Positions 46,801 through 60,557 of a DNA stretch of 60,557 nucleotides are shown one piece after another. The stretch is from Octopus bimaculoides. Its lineage: Eukaryota. The notes under the pieces are model-generated. The model worked only from the letters and a program-made list of their open reading frames with translations. It did no database searches and was not told where the DNA came from. How positions within the stretch are numbered: the stretch's first letter is position 1; each line of letters begins with the position of its first letter. The translations under genes and the position numbers were made by a program. The stretch spans positions 25,396,663-25,457,219 of the forward strand of contig NC_069001.1 of assembly GCF_001194135.2 (NCBI RefSeq), given 5' to 3'.

Positions 46801-48519
46801 ATGCAGGTAGAGTGAGGGGGACTGAATGCCATATCTCTCTCTACTATATTCCAGTCACAAATTACTGTTCATGCTTTGGATATCGTATTCCACAATTTGC
46901 AATGAAATACTTTAATGTGATTAAACGCGGCACCACATTATTCAGAAGTGAGATTCTTTACCACAAAGCCAAGCCTGCACTTATTGTGAAGTAAGCTACT
47001 TCACTGTATTCGATGTTATCTAGTAGCTGGAGAAAAGTAAACCACAATTTATAGACGGATAATTATCTTTTGTTTTAAGTGATGCATATGAGAAAGTTAA
47101 ATGATAGACCGATTTTGCCGACCGCAAAAACAGCGTGTAGATGATATTACAGTTAACAGTTGAATTCGCTTTAGTCGTTATTTGAAGCCCAATTACAAGA
47201 TTTGGTTGAAGAAATGTATCGAAGCTGGCTGGAATAAATAGGGATATGATAAATGATTTTTAATTTTTTTTGTTTTTTTGTTTTTTTAGAATGCCAAAAT
47301 ATAAAACTTATAAGAAATATATGTGTTGTTTGATCATTTGCGATATACTACTACGCTTCAGGGTTAGGATTATTCTTCAGGAAATCTTCGCAGAAATAAT
47401 GTCGTGGATTGATTCCTGTTCTGTAGCGTGTCGGAGAAACTGATAGTTTAGATAATGAAACAATAATCAACTGATGAGCATGTGTTTGCTTTCTGTCATA
47501 TGTCCCAACTCCACTCCTCGGTAAAGGCCCTGACTTTTAAGAACTGGACTCTACCGCACAGAAACAAGTACCACAGTGCTATACGAAAAGTTGAGCTAGC
47601 AATGAGTTAAAAGCTATCTTTAAATGAAAATGACTGCAATACACTAGAATAGCACCGAGTGGTTTCTTGTATAATCCCGAGCGTAACACCATGTTCGGTT
47701 GAGATAAGCGGTAGTTCAATCGCCGGTGGTAGTCGTTGAGTATAAATGTTAATGGATATGAACAGACAAATCGATAACACTGACAAACTGAAAGACATCT
47801 GAGATGTTATAGAAGACCAGTCGTAATGTCTCCTCCTCGCCTGAATTATGATTCATCAAGACTTCCTCTTTATTCGAAAGAAAAGGAAATAGTGCGTGTA
47901 ATGTAATGATGTAAAAAAGACATAGCGCCCAGACAAATTAACCTCCGGTATAAATTATTATTTCTTTTTACAGATAAAAATAGTTAGCCAACCAAAAAGA
48001 GTAAACAAAAATCTCACACATCTATAGCAATAAGTATGCAAATGAATAAATAAGTGAATAAATATAGTAATAATTAAATAAATACATACAAAGTTACTTC
48101 CTTTTTCACGTGTCATTTAGTTACTGATATTTTTATCACCAAAATATCTTAATTGAAGCGAAAATATTATATGGCCCAGACCGATAAAATATTTCTACAC
48201 ACATTTATATTCCCCATTTTATTCTACTTATTATGATTTCAAGGTCGCTGAAGTAGCAGAATTACATCAGAGTTACTTTCCCCCTGTGGTCGTTATAAGA
48301 GGTTCCAGTCATCTACAAGCGAATATTCGATCGACTAAATCCTTCTCCAGAGGATCTGTGACGTTCTGTTCCACCAAAGCGTTATAAATTCATATTTTAT
48401 AATATATTCGCGTTTCATCTCTTTGTTATAGATAATTGAACAAATTGTAACAAATAACACATTTACTCATACTTAGAAACTCTCCCGTCCTAACGTGATA
48501 TATGTCAGTATATATAGAC

Positions 48520-48755
<236 letters not shown>

Positions 48756-49230
48756 AGTTATTTGTTTTTTAGTTTATATTGTCCATGTTCAGAGAGTGAG
48801 GCTGGATATTTGAGTAAATCTTTTACCCTTACTTTTGGAAATGATCGGTGAGGTCATTAGACCCCGAGGAGGCTATGTTGGATATGGAATTTGATTTTAC
48901 ATCTACGTGAAAGGAATGATTAAGTCTGTTGTCTGTTCTTGTATGTAATATCAATTTCTGCATGGTTTTGAATTTGTGTGTTACGCTTGCGTATGCACAC
49001 AAGTGTACGCGGAGGTGGGTGCATGTGCTTATATCTGACGTTATAATTCCTCGTAAATATATGGCATAATAAAAAGGAAAATACTGGAAGACAAAGGAGA
49101 AAGTGTGTTAGGATATTGTCTTGTATGTAAATAAACGTTTACGTAACTGTGTATGTCTATATATACATATATATACGGTATGCATAGAATTTCAGATAGT
49201 ATAGTAAATAAAATATATGAAAATTAGGGT

Positions 49231-50524
49231 TATGCGACCCACCTGTATCCCTCGCATACACCCCCTTAAAATTAAATACGCTAATTTTCAATAAAAATCA
49301 TATAATCTCTAATATATATAGACTAAATTGCTTATTGATATGAAACATTTGCTCATATTTAACTGTAGAAACCTTGTTTAAAACATCTACTGAAGAAAGA
49401 TAGCAAAAACATTGAGATATAAGACAACTGGTTGGTAGATAGCCCGCCAACATGACAAAATTACAGCTTTTCAATGTGTTAAATGATTGTTTTTTCAGAA
49501 AATATATACTTTTGTTAAATGATTGATTTTCTTTTGTTTTTCATATTATTTTAGAGCTAAACTGTATCCTAATTTTACAAAAATACTTGCATAAATTTAA
49601 ATTGTAATAATTTAAGTATTTAAAATTTTATAACGGTAGCTAGAAGTAAAAGCTGTAATTCGGTATTTGGTTTTCCAGCAGAATTTCCTACCACAATGAC
49701 CCCATCCGACATTATTTATACATAAGAAATTGTGAAGAACAGATGTCAAAATCTTCACCTACAGCCAAAGAATGTTACCGGATTGTTGCTGCAGATGTGC
49801 AAACAATATGGGACAAATTTCTTTTCCGTATGTTGTGTTTGAGGGAATAGCTCTAAAAATTGAGAGATTGACTAACTCTGATTATGAGTTACACAAATTA
49901 CCTATCAAGCAAAGAGGAGATAGTTTGGATAAGAAATTAGAGGAATTCAATGAAATGTTTAATATATGCACTTCCACGTGTTATGTATGACAAAAAATAA
50001 AAAAAAGACCTGAATGTCATGACCAAGATTTCCTCTTTTTCATAGACAAGGAGTCGATCAGAATAGATTACAAAAATAGGGACAAATCCATGTTGCATAT
50101 ACAGTTTACCTCACTTTGACTGGAAAACACAATATTCATTTCATAAAATTGTAAATACTATTAATGCGTATTTTATAGTGTTCACTGTTCATGCATTTCG
50201 TTTGAGGATCGTGCATTTTTTTTTACATATAATTTATAACAGTCATTAAGAATTTACATTTTTTTTTACGTTGAAAGTGCTTTTCTGAATAAAGGCATTT
50301 TCAATAAAAAGAATTAACACGAACTACATAACTAAATAAAGAATCCAACAAATGTTATTTTGAGGTGAGTACTGAGGTGCTTGGGATATCATTTATAAAA
50401 TGTTATATAGGTAATAATTAACAAAATCGATAGGATTAAAACAAATTTACAGTTTCTTATATTTTCAGTATTCAAAACGAATAATTAAGGGGCTGGCTCT
50501 GCGAGGGGTACGGGTGGTCGCATA
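49231..50524 (+). mobile_element. ~1.3-kb DNA transposon remnant with ~40-bp TIRs and a transposase-like N-terminal fragment
   Basis: TATGCGACCCACCTGTATCCCTCGCATACACCCCCTTAA (49231-49269) versus reverse complement of TTAAGGGGCTGGCTCTGCGAGGGGTACGGGTGGTCGCATA (50485-50524); internal frameshifted peptide at ~49758-50065. Confidence 0.7.
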
Positions 50525-50631
50525 CTTTTTAAAATTTGTTAATTTTGCTCTCACACTAAAATGAACTACAAGCAAATATGGAATCAGAATATAAAATTTA
50601 GACCGTCACTAACATACATATATGCATACGC

Positions 50632-50672
<41 letters not shown>

Positions 50673-51220
50673 TTGAAAATATGGATAACATGACATCCAT
50701 AAAATATGTATATATTTTTTTTAAAATTTCTTTAGAAGAAGATATTAAACTATGTGAACTGAACGCATTTCTCTTCTACATTTTATATATTTTCCACATA
50801 TTTTCAACTCTAATTTTGCCACGTGGTGTATATTGAATCTCTAGTATTTTTGCTCCTTTTATAGTTATATATATGCATGCATTTATGTGTGTATTTAAGT
50901 AAATGTGTATGTCTCCAGAACGTATAAAGGCTCATGGAAACTTACTCACAAAGTAGCACAACTAAATATTTATCAGTCAAAATATGCATGCTCAGATATT
51001 CTCCGGTGAATTAAACAAAGCAAAATATTTAATGAGTTTAACAGACCAATGCAACAAACGACATAACATCCTCTTTAATACAAAACATTAAACCGTCCAT
51101 TTTTTACTGAAATGAATGTTAAAACATATTACCAAAATAACAAAACCTACTGAAGCAGGAAATGTCATTTGTAACTTAAGACAATCCCGACATAGAAGAA
51201 TTTAGTTAAATTGTTTAGCT

Positions 51221-51320
51221 AACAAGTGGCTGCTTAGCGAGAAATTTTCTTCCCAAGCAGATGGTTTCAGGCTCACAACTACTGCGCGAGAGATTGGGCA
51301 TGTCTTCTATTATACTAGGA
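51221..51320 (+). mobile_element. SINE family B head, very degraded
   Basis: GTGGCTGCTTAGCGAGAAATTTTCTTCCCAAGCAGATGGTTTCAGG...TTGGGCATGTCTTCTATTATA. Confidence 0.5.
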
Positions 51321-52111
51321 TTTGGATAAGGAAGTAAAAACGACATGATGTACAGCCTCTCATGAACTCGTGACCGCTACATCACCGCAATCCATGAACT
51401 GTAGATTGCTACGAAATGCTTATTAAAGGAAAGTGATTGAAACTTATTTCTCCCTTCCAATTACAGACTGTGTTCGTAATGTATGAGTTAGTTGGTTCAT
51501 ATCTTTTACTGTAAACTCTAGCTTATCCAGTTTCTCTGACTTCCATGACCGTAGACATATTTTCTTATCTATACCAAACAGAAATATCTGGCCTCTTATG
51601 CTAACATCTACCAAATATTCTGAAGGAGATGATTCCACCGTAATCCTTGTGTTGTAATTTGTGTATCTATTCAATAACAAATAAAATGGGGCAGTTATTT
51701 TTACGAATGACATTGTATAGTGCTTTTGCGACAGCAGTGTATAGCATAGGAAAGTATTATCTTGCTTACATTCGTGGAAGCTGCTATCACGTGTGAAGTT
51801 TTATACATAAACAGGACATAAGTTAAGAACATCATCTGATCACATTTCAGAAGACATTGTGCACACACAATCATATATGATATTTATTAAAGACACTCAT
51901 AGAATAAAATCAAAATATAATAAAAGCTAGTGGAATTATAAAGGAAGAAATCAGTCCCTTTGAATAGTTAATGTCAAATTCAAAAGAGATATAATGTACT
52001 CTCGCATACCCACATTTCGCTATCTCTCTCTCACTCTGTTTCATTCTGTCTCTCCTTATATAGATGTGTTTGTGTGTTTTTGTGTCAGTGTCTATGTATG
52101 TGTGTTCACAA

Positions 52112-52184
<73 letters not shown>

Positions 52185-52689
52185 TATATGTATGTAAGTA
52201 TGTATGTATATCTGAGTGAATATGTTTGTGTCTGTCTCTATATGCATTAAAGCAAATATTACATCTACAAAGGAAGACAAACTCACTGCGTATATCAATA
52301 ACAACCAATGATATGTTAAGAAATTCTAGCTATGCCACCCAACAATAAACTAGAAAACCATAAGACTATCTATAATACTTCGGTCCCAATAGCTAAGAAA
52401 CACACACACACGCACAAAAGGAAAAAAAAAACGAGAAGTTTGTCATGTCAATTTACATTACATGTAAATGTAATTTCAAAGGAGACTTGGAAGTCAAACT
52501 GGTGTAGCCTAGGTCGATTTTTGCTGTAGCTTCTCATGTCACGACTAGTTTCCAATTGATTTTATCATATGAATATATACGAATACGAAGGTGGTCTGCG
52601 ATTTCATCACATCGTTGTTGATAAAATAAATACTGGTGTCTACGCAATTGTCTGTACCCTAAAGGTGGTAATCGACATGGCTACCTCAC

Positions 52690-53030
52690 AATGTATGTAT
52701 GTATGTATTTACGCACGTATGCTTATATATCTGTGCGTGATTCTGTGTGTGTGCTTGTAGTGTGTGAATATATGTATGTGTGTGTGTGTGTGTGTGTGTG
52801 TACAGGTATCATCTTTACATCATATGCATTACATATAAGCATGCATATATCTACACACACACACACACACACACTCTCGCACATGTATTTATGCGTATAT
52901 ACACATACATGTATGTTTATATGTAAATATGTATACATATATATATAGTTATATACACATACATATACAGATAAATATGTATATATACATACACAAACAC
53001 ACACATATATATAGATATATAGATATATAT

Positions 53031-53064
<34 letters not shown>

Positions 53065-53074
53065 NNNNNNNNNN

Positions 53075-53119
<45 letters not shown>

Positions 53120-53130
53120 CATACGTACGT
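52690..53130. repeat. Compound (TG)/(CA)/(TA) microsatellite field
   Basis: Direct inspection. Confidence 0.9.
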
Positions 53131-53702
53131 AGATCGTCTACGCACGCACATGCTTCTGTGGATATGTGAGGATGTACGTATGTGTCTATACTTACATTTG
53201 ACAAATTCAATTCCGAAGTAATCTTCCTTTGAGAAACTCCACTTAGAAGTGAAGTATTCTACACCTGTTTGACTCTTAGGTCTCCTCACAAATTACATTT
53301 GCATGTAATGTAAATTCACATAGTAAACCTCTTGGTTTTTATTTCTTATTTTTTCCTCTTGGCTATTTTGATGAACGTATTGAGAAAACTCTTTCCTTGC
53401 TCCATGCTTATGTTTTTTTCTTTATTTAATTTTAATTTATTTGTAATTTTATTTTCTTATTTATGTGTAAATTATCGTCTTGCATTTGGTATGCCCTGTA
53501 AGGTTGTGTCCTACTCAACAATGTACTCGTTTATCGTAGGTATACTCATACCAATATACTTTGTGCAGTGTATATATATATTTATATGTATGTATGTATG
53601 TANNNNNNNNNNNNNNNNNNNNNNNNNNNNNNNNNNNNNNNNNNNNNNNNNNNNNNNNNNNNNNNNNNNNNNNNNNNNNNNNNNNNNNNNNNNNNNNNNN
53701 NN

Positions 53703-53781
53703 ATTTCAAAAAACAAAACAAAAGATGAAGACGGGTGTGCAAACAACAAACAGATGTATTAGTTTAACGCTCGGAAAGTTA
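53703..53781 (-). mobile_element. Hammerhead-bearing repeat, copy 3 (truncated before the ribozyme core)
   Basis: GATGAAGACGGGTGTGCAAACAACAAACAGATGTATTAGTTTAACGCTCGGAA matches 33596-33648. Confidence 0.7.
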
Positions 53782-55090
53782 GCGTTATATATGTAGTTAT
53801 ATAGATACGTACAATATTTGATATGTGCATATATACATAAGTGCGTATATGTACCTATCTAATGTTGTATGTATATATTTATTAATTTGCCTGTACGGCT
53901 GATAATTCGCTTACCACTCGTGATGGTATTTTAATAATGCCCTCCCTATATTTATTGATAGATATGGAATAAATAATGAAAAGAAGGATTGGTATGAACG
54001 GTAAAGCCACGAATAGAAATGCCCCAGTATGATCACAGCACTGATTAATACAAGCAACAATAGGATCTTATTTGCATTTCTTTGTTTCTTACACAGTGCT
54101 AATTGTGATCATAGACGTTCTTATTTAATGTATCTTCTTGCACATAAAAGGAAGTTACCTGTAGTGAAGCTTTACAGTATTTTTTAAATACAATAATTAA
54201 TATAATTAAAATCTTCTGAAATATCTGTTTCATCTTTCAGTGAAAGATGTGCTTATTTATTTGAAATTACTTCGGCGATCTGTGTCATCCCTATTGCTTC
54301 AAATCATAATTCATAGTCGTTTACAAGTAATGTTTACAACTAAAATCAAAACATTGAAATAATATTTAATAATGTCATTAAATAAAGCCAAAAAAACATT
54401 TACGCTGCCACATTTGATCGTCCCTGCCATATTTCATTGTCACGGTGTTATTTAGGTAAACTAAGCAAATTTAGGTAAACTGAGGGCGTAATTAGATACG
54501 TACTGACGCCAGCTAAGAGATATATCACCGTAAAATATCAATGATCTACACTCAGGCTTATTTTCACTGTCATAGCATCAGTGGTTCTGGAATAATTTCT
54601 AGCAATATACACTAACTTATATACATTCTATATAAGATTCACGTATATAGGCCGGGGTCTCCGCCGAAAGATATGACGAGTGATCAACTTCACAGATGCG
54701 TTTACATTTAATGTAGTTCTGAGGGAAATACTGCATTACTCGGAGTATGACATGTACCTTTGAATTACTGGTAAACTCACTTTTGACAGCTGAGTGCAGT
54801 AAGAAAAGAATAATATGTAGCGTCTTTCTCACGGGGACAATGTGCCTCTGAGAATGAACTCACAGACCCACATAAAGAGCTTGACCGAACACCGGTCACG
54901 TGAGGCGAGAAGAGAGAGAGAGAGGAGAAGGGACAGAAGAAATAAAGATGGGCGAGAAAAAATGACAGGGACACAGTGAAAAGAGTAGGGAAAGTGAGCA
55001 AAAAGGGAAGGCAGGGAAATGTGAAAGAGGGAGAACGAAAGAACAAAGAGTGGAATGAACAAATAAACGTGAAAGGACTGATAGAAAGAA

Positions 55091-55150
55091 AATGTGCACC
55101 AGCATGACCGCAGCCACTTGGCTGAAACACAAATAAATAAATAAATAAAT
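55091..55150 (+). mobile_element. SINE family B-type tail with (AAAT)n
   Basis: GTGCACCAGCATGACCGCAGCCACTTGGCTGAAAC followed by AAATAAATAAAT. Confidence 0.6.
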
Positions 55151-55288
55151 AAATATATATGCGTTAACTTGGACATTCTTGCGACAATATAAACTTTCAT
55201 TTTATCAAGATATCCTTGGCTTGAAGACTAGCCTGCAGTATACACCTCGTTTAGATATTTACCACTTCTGAGCAAGTGTATGTATGTG

Positions 55289-55432
55289 TGTAGGTGTAGT
55301 TGTGTGGTAAGAAGTTTCCTTCCCAACTACAGGGCTCTGGTTTCATTGCCACTGCGTGTCATCTTGTGCAAACGTCTTCTACTATAGACTCGGGCCAACC
55401 GAGGCTGGCAAGTGGATTTGGGAAATGGGGGA
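55289..55432 (+). mobile_element. SINE family B head running into a gap
   Basis: GTTGTGTGGTAAGAAGTTTCCTTCCCAAC...CTTCTACTATAGACTCGGGCCAACC...GTGGATTTGG. Confidence 0.75.
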
Positions 55433-56081
55433 NNNNNNNNNNNNNNNNNNNNNNNNNNNNNNNNNNNNNNNNNNNNNNNNNNNNNNNNNNNNNNNNNNNN
55501 NNNNNNNNNNNNNNNNNNNNNNNNNNNNNNNNNNNNNNNNNNNNNNNNNNNNNNNNNNNNNNNNNNNNNNNNNNNNNNNNNNNNNNNNNNNNNNNNNNNN
55601 NNNNNNNNNNNNNNNNNNNNNNNNNNNNNNNNNNNNNNNNNNNNNNNNNNNNNNNNNNNNNNNNNNNNNNNNNNNNNNNNNNNNNNNNNNNNNNNNNNNN
55701 NNNNNNNNNNNNNNNNNNNNNNNNNNNNNNNNNNNNNNNNNNNNNNNNNNNNNNNNNNNNNNNNNNNNNNNNNNNNNNNNNNNNNNNNNNNNNNNNNNNN
55801 NNNNNNNNNNNNNNNNNNNNNNNNNNNNNNNNNNNNNNNNNNNNNNNNNNNNNNNNNNNNNNNNNNNNNNNNNNNNNNNNNNNNNNNNNNNNNNNNNNNN
55901 NNNNNNNNNNNNNNNNNNNNNNNNNNNNNNNNNNNNNNNNNNNNNNNNNNNNNNNNNNNNNNNNNNNNNNNNNNNNNNNNNNNNNNNNNNNNNNNNNNNN
56001 NNNNNNNNNNNNNNNNNNNNNNNNNNNNNNNNNNNNNNNNNNNNNNNNNNNNNNNNNNNNNNNNNNNNNNNNNNNNNNNNN

Positions 56082-56114
<33 letters not shown>

Positions 56115-58261
56115 TATGTATATATACATATATATTAGTGAAGTTAACATTCTTTATGCGCTTTCGAATGTCTAATATACGTTTTCAACGCTGTAAACGT
56201 TTTTTCTTATTTTGTGCAACCTAAATCCTCTGATCAAATCACATAGCAAGCAAGTGTAAATGATACTATATCATAATACATAAGAAATGGTTGCAGAATA
56301 TCCACAAGATACGTGTTTTTATACATTCTGTGAAGTGCCCATTTCAAGCTCTTTTTTTTAAATTTAGCAATCTAGAAACCCACGCAAATTCCATGTTTTA
56401 TGAACGTTTGTTTTTTGAGGCTCAAATTAATAGCTCTTCATAATATTGTTTTACTATATTACAGATTTCGATTTCAGTGTACTAAAAGTGATATACTTAT
56501 AGCTACATGGAGAATAATGTTACAGTTTATATCCATAAAGCTATATTGTTACCGCCTCGAATGTCAGAGTTTAAAAGTTAAGATTATCCCAAAATATAAA
56601 CAATAATAGCCATCTTTTAAATATAGACGTATCTTTCATATAAGCATTTAATGCAGGTCGAACAACGTCTCAAAGCATTCTTTTACACTCCATTACTTGT
56701 TAATTTTGTTGAGATAATTCCTGCAGGCCCTGGGTTGATGAGTTAATTCGATCATCGAAGATATTGCTAATTTCAGACTGAGCACTCTCGTCATATTTTC
56801 CTGGAATCTCTACTGAGAGGAATACAGATCTATTTGCAATAGTCAGAATATTCTCCTCGACGACATGAAAATATCGTGTTTCTCTATTCAGATTCTTATT
56901 CGAACGGTTTTACTTTTCGAACTAACAATTAGTTCTTATCAAGGAAGTACCTTTCCTGGAGAAACCTTCTGATTGATTACAGCCAGGTTCGTATACGCCG
57001 AGCAGTTTTATTTATTCATTCATTTTTAAAAAATATAAATGGAGTGAGGTGTTGAGCTCTTGTGTGCGCGTCAACATCTAAAACAGACATTCATGAGAAG
57101 CCAAGTTAGCTATTTAGATAATACAACTGATGCACAGGTTCTTCTCTTTTTTTTTTGTTTTTTCAGATGATACGAATATAAAGTTCGCACTGCTTATTTC
57201 CGTTCCAGTAGTGTGCGATCGGGTGGAGAGACTGTTTAGAACAATTTTCTCACGCAAGAAAGATTTGAGGGAGATTCGTTGTGACGAGAAAACTCATGCA
57301 TTGGAAACGAAAATAGAGAATAATGTACTCACGCAGTGAACGTGATGAAATGTCTGAATAAAAGAAGTCAAGTGAAAAAAAAAAAGAAAAACAGATCATT
57401 CATCGATAAGAATCAATACACATTTAGTATTTGACGACTGACGAACACTTAAAGTTGATGCATACACGATCGAAAACACGTAAATCTGACGTGCTCATTT
57501 TGTTATGTAGATAGTAGTTTCGTTTTAAATTTTGAATAATGACATTCATGAAAATATACCGAATAGAAAGGAATCGAAGAAATGTGAGATTTATAACGCC
57601 ATCTGGAACTTACACACTGCAGATACCAGTTCCATCATTTTGGCAAGGTTATCTACCACATGAGGCATTTTTATATGGTGGATTGATTTTTCACCAGAGA
57701 AAAATAATTGATATTCAAGCGAATAACTGATGGTGGACTTTCAGAATCAGGTTTTGATGATAAACGCCGTTGCTTGTTTCGCCTTGATAGATTATGCGCT
57801 TTTATATTTTAGTGATTCATTGCTGCCACAACTTGCTGCTAGTGTTTAATCTGAGCTTTGATTCTTTCCAAAAATCGAAGAACTCATCAGAAATAATAAG
57901 AGGGATAGATAATACGAGATGAAAACAGGTTATTTGTAAACACGAGCATTTCTGTTTGAAGCTAAACTTATGACGCTTTATGATGCAATTATTTATAACT
58001 AAATAGTTTGGAAAGAATAGAGATGGAGTTAGTTCAGGTATTTACAGTCAACATTGTTCAGTATCTTTAGATTACCAAAGAATATTTAATATGGTCAAGG
58101 AATTTGAATGGCGTTATTTTCAGGTTTTACAACAAACGATATCATTTAAACTATTCCAGCTCGTTTTAATCAATCCAAATTTATATATATATAAAATGGT
58201 ATCTGCTTCATAATTGGAATACATTGCAAGTTTATTGTTATACTCTGTTTAATATAGTGTA

Positions 58262-58465
58262 AGTTTCAAACAGTGGCACAAGGTTAGCAAATCTTAGGCG
58301 AGAGGTAAGCCCATTAGATCGACTTCAGTGTGGAGAAGGTACTTATTTTATTCAAAACGAAAAGTGGACTTTGGTGGAAATGAAATCAAGGAGTAAAGAC
58401 GAACGAAATGCCCTTAAGCATCTTGCTCACTTGGTAACTATTCCACCAGTTCACCGCCTTCCGCT
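58262..58465 (-). mobile_element. SINE family A, degraded
   Basis: GTTTCAAACAGTGGCACAAGG...GGTACTTATTTTATT...AAAGTGGACTTTGGTGGAAATGAAATC...CAGTTCACCGCCTT. Confidence 0.7.
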
Positions 58466-60557
58466 TAATAAAATATAACTAAGCATTTTCCAAGATGTTT
58501 TTTGTAACCCGTCCTCTAACTGAGGTGTTGTATAGCACCACAATAGGTGACGTTAGTAATCATTTCGAGTTTGTTGACTACTAATATCTTCAACGAATAC
58601 CCTTACCAGCATGCACTTGCGTAATACAACAGGAGCTACTTGAGCCCATGAAATCCACGTTAAGTTTTCTATTCTTTGTTCATGGATTAGATTACACAAC
58701 ATTAATTGATCTTAAAGTAGCAAATTTCTTAATTTTCCTTTATAAACTAGGAACACATTAGAAAATCTCTTGGTTTATGAGATCAGGGAGACAAATTAGA
58801 AAATAAACAGGAAAATAGTCCACGCAGCATTAGAGGTACCACGAAAACAATTTCAAACGTAAACTGTGTTTTGACTTTATTTCAAGTGCACCTACTTTTG
58901 TCATAGATGCCATAACTTTATAATTTTCATTTTGAAAACATTGGTTCTGCATAAATGATCCACAAATAAATATCTAATACCAAATTAGCTAAATGCCTAA
59001 TTTTTCAAAACTCCAGTGACACCGGCTTAGATATAATTTTAACACAGACTATATCAAGTCAACTGGCAGAAAGAGAAAAAGAAACGTTTAGCAGTTGTCA
59101 AATGACCTTTCTATCATTGTAAATGTTGATTTTGCTCACAATTGAAATAAAGTAGCAGTTTGGATTGGACATATGATGCGATCTTGTGATAGAAAATACC
59201 ATCAGAAATACTAACTTTGAAAGCTATAAAGTGAAAACCTATTCGATCTACTGCTTTTGGAGACATGATTTGTGTCAAAATTAAAACATTCTTACACAGC
59301 ATACTACGTACAACGCATACTCTGTTGTACATATTTCTGCATGAAAACAGCATTCCAAGACATACATAGGAAAAATGTCTCATAACATTCAAGTGCTTCA
59401 TGGATGAACACCTAACTATTTCAGATTGTCACGGACAATTCATTATTCGAATGGGATTTCGTGTCCAGTTAATGAATGTTATAAAAACATCATTAAATGT
59501 TTATTCGAAGTGGTGCTATAAATAGCTAATCATGACCGGAGTCAGTTCTGGAAGAATCACATCGAAGTAACTAAGTATCTAAGTATCATACATCTAAATA
59601 TTCGTCATAAGACTCTGCGAAGTACGACACTATTGTACAGATGAAACCAGAGCTAGAACTATAGATTCCAGTATTCGTAGAGAGAAGAACAGCTTTGTTT
59701 ATAGATGAATCTCAAATACATTAATCACTGATTTTGTCAGCCCTAACACATTTTGATACAACGAATAAGCTATCGAAAGGTATCTTACATATTGATTATG
59801 AGAATTCATCGTTAATTATTTGCTTTTGGCGTAATGTGAGACGTTAAAACATTATTAGGTAGCTACCATTTTCTTAACGCAGATAAGCAGCATCTTAGTG
59901 CTCGCGAAATTAGTTTAGGAATTACATCGTGCTTCAGAAAAGACCAAATCCTCCTCAGATTGTAGCTTTGTACCACATTATAACCACTCTACATAATTTC
60001 AAGTTGTGTGATGCTTGAGAGGTTGTATGTAGTATATCGAATGTTCAACGCATTTTCTATAAAAATATTTGACTGAATGTAAGTAATTGGAGAGGAAAGC
60101 TAATTGAGATCAGACATTAAACTATTAAATATTCCATGACATCTACTTGCTGAACTGTATAAATACGCGGTTTATATCTCTCTTTGCAGTTCTGCCAGAC
60201 GATGTCAGGTTCAATTTAAATTAATTAAAGCCTGATATAAATTAAGTTTCATCTGAAGTTAATTATACGCTAGTTTGGCTTAGGTGTAATTGAGGTCGAA
60301 TAATATGCCCTTCTTGGGTTTAACGTAAGAGAGAAGAATATGAGTCCTTATGTTATAATAAGTGTGAGATGGGATTGCTTCTATTCACAAAGGAATGAAA
60401 GGGAGCATTGCAGTCAGTAACGTTCAGTGAGCAGCAAGTTTTGTCGGCGAATAGTAAACTTCGGTTATGACAGTATCAAAACAGCGCTCTCGAACTTAAG
60501 CACTCATCATATACACAAACACACACGCGCGCGTTTTTACACACACACACACACACA

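Noticed and set aside
47607-47798. Signal-peptide-like ORF with LPLISTEHGVTLG resembling a carboxylesterase N-terminus
   Set aside because: The resemblance covers only a few residues, the frame ends in a stop without a donor, and no downstream esterase exons were found.

Overview
AT-rich eukaryotic genomic DNA with six assembly gaps, most likely a coleoid cephalopod (Octopus-like). That call rests on the tRNA-derived SINE families and the extreme (TA)n/(CA)n microsatellite load, and is recognition from memory, not a database search. No protein-coding gene can be identified with confidence; almost all tracked ORFs are translations of microsatellites or repeats. The window is an intergenic/intronic transposon graveyard. 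It holds about 30 copies or fragments of several tRNA-headed SINE families (labelled A, B, C, C' and E here), a decayed full-length mariner, a 194-bp mariner MITE, two Penelope-like (GIY-YIG) fragments, an R4/Dong-clade LINE fragment, an RTE-clade LINE fragment, a duplicated LTR-end/tRNA-Ser primer-binding site and a ~1.3-kb TIR element with a transposase-like remnant. The most interesting signal is three different minimal hammerhead-ribozyme-like motifs. One sits in the inverted terminus of a Penelope fragment, one in a ~190-bp non-coding element present three times beside microsatellites, and one in the tail of a tRNA-headed SINE that also has Penelope-style inverted termini. Together they suggest non-autonomous, ribozyme-bearing elements mobilised by Penelope machinery. 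Also noted are a linker-punctuated SINE array, close inverted SINE pairs (potential dsRNA/A-to-I substrates), a candidate bidirectional promoter and a few low-confidence minus-strand exons. All alignments and translations were done by eye.
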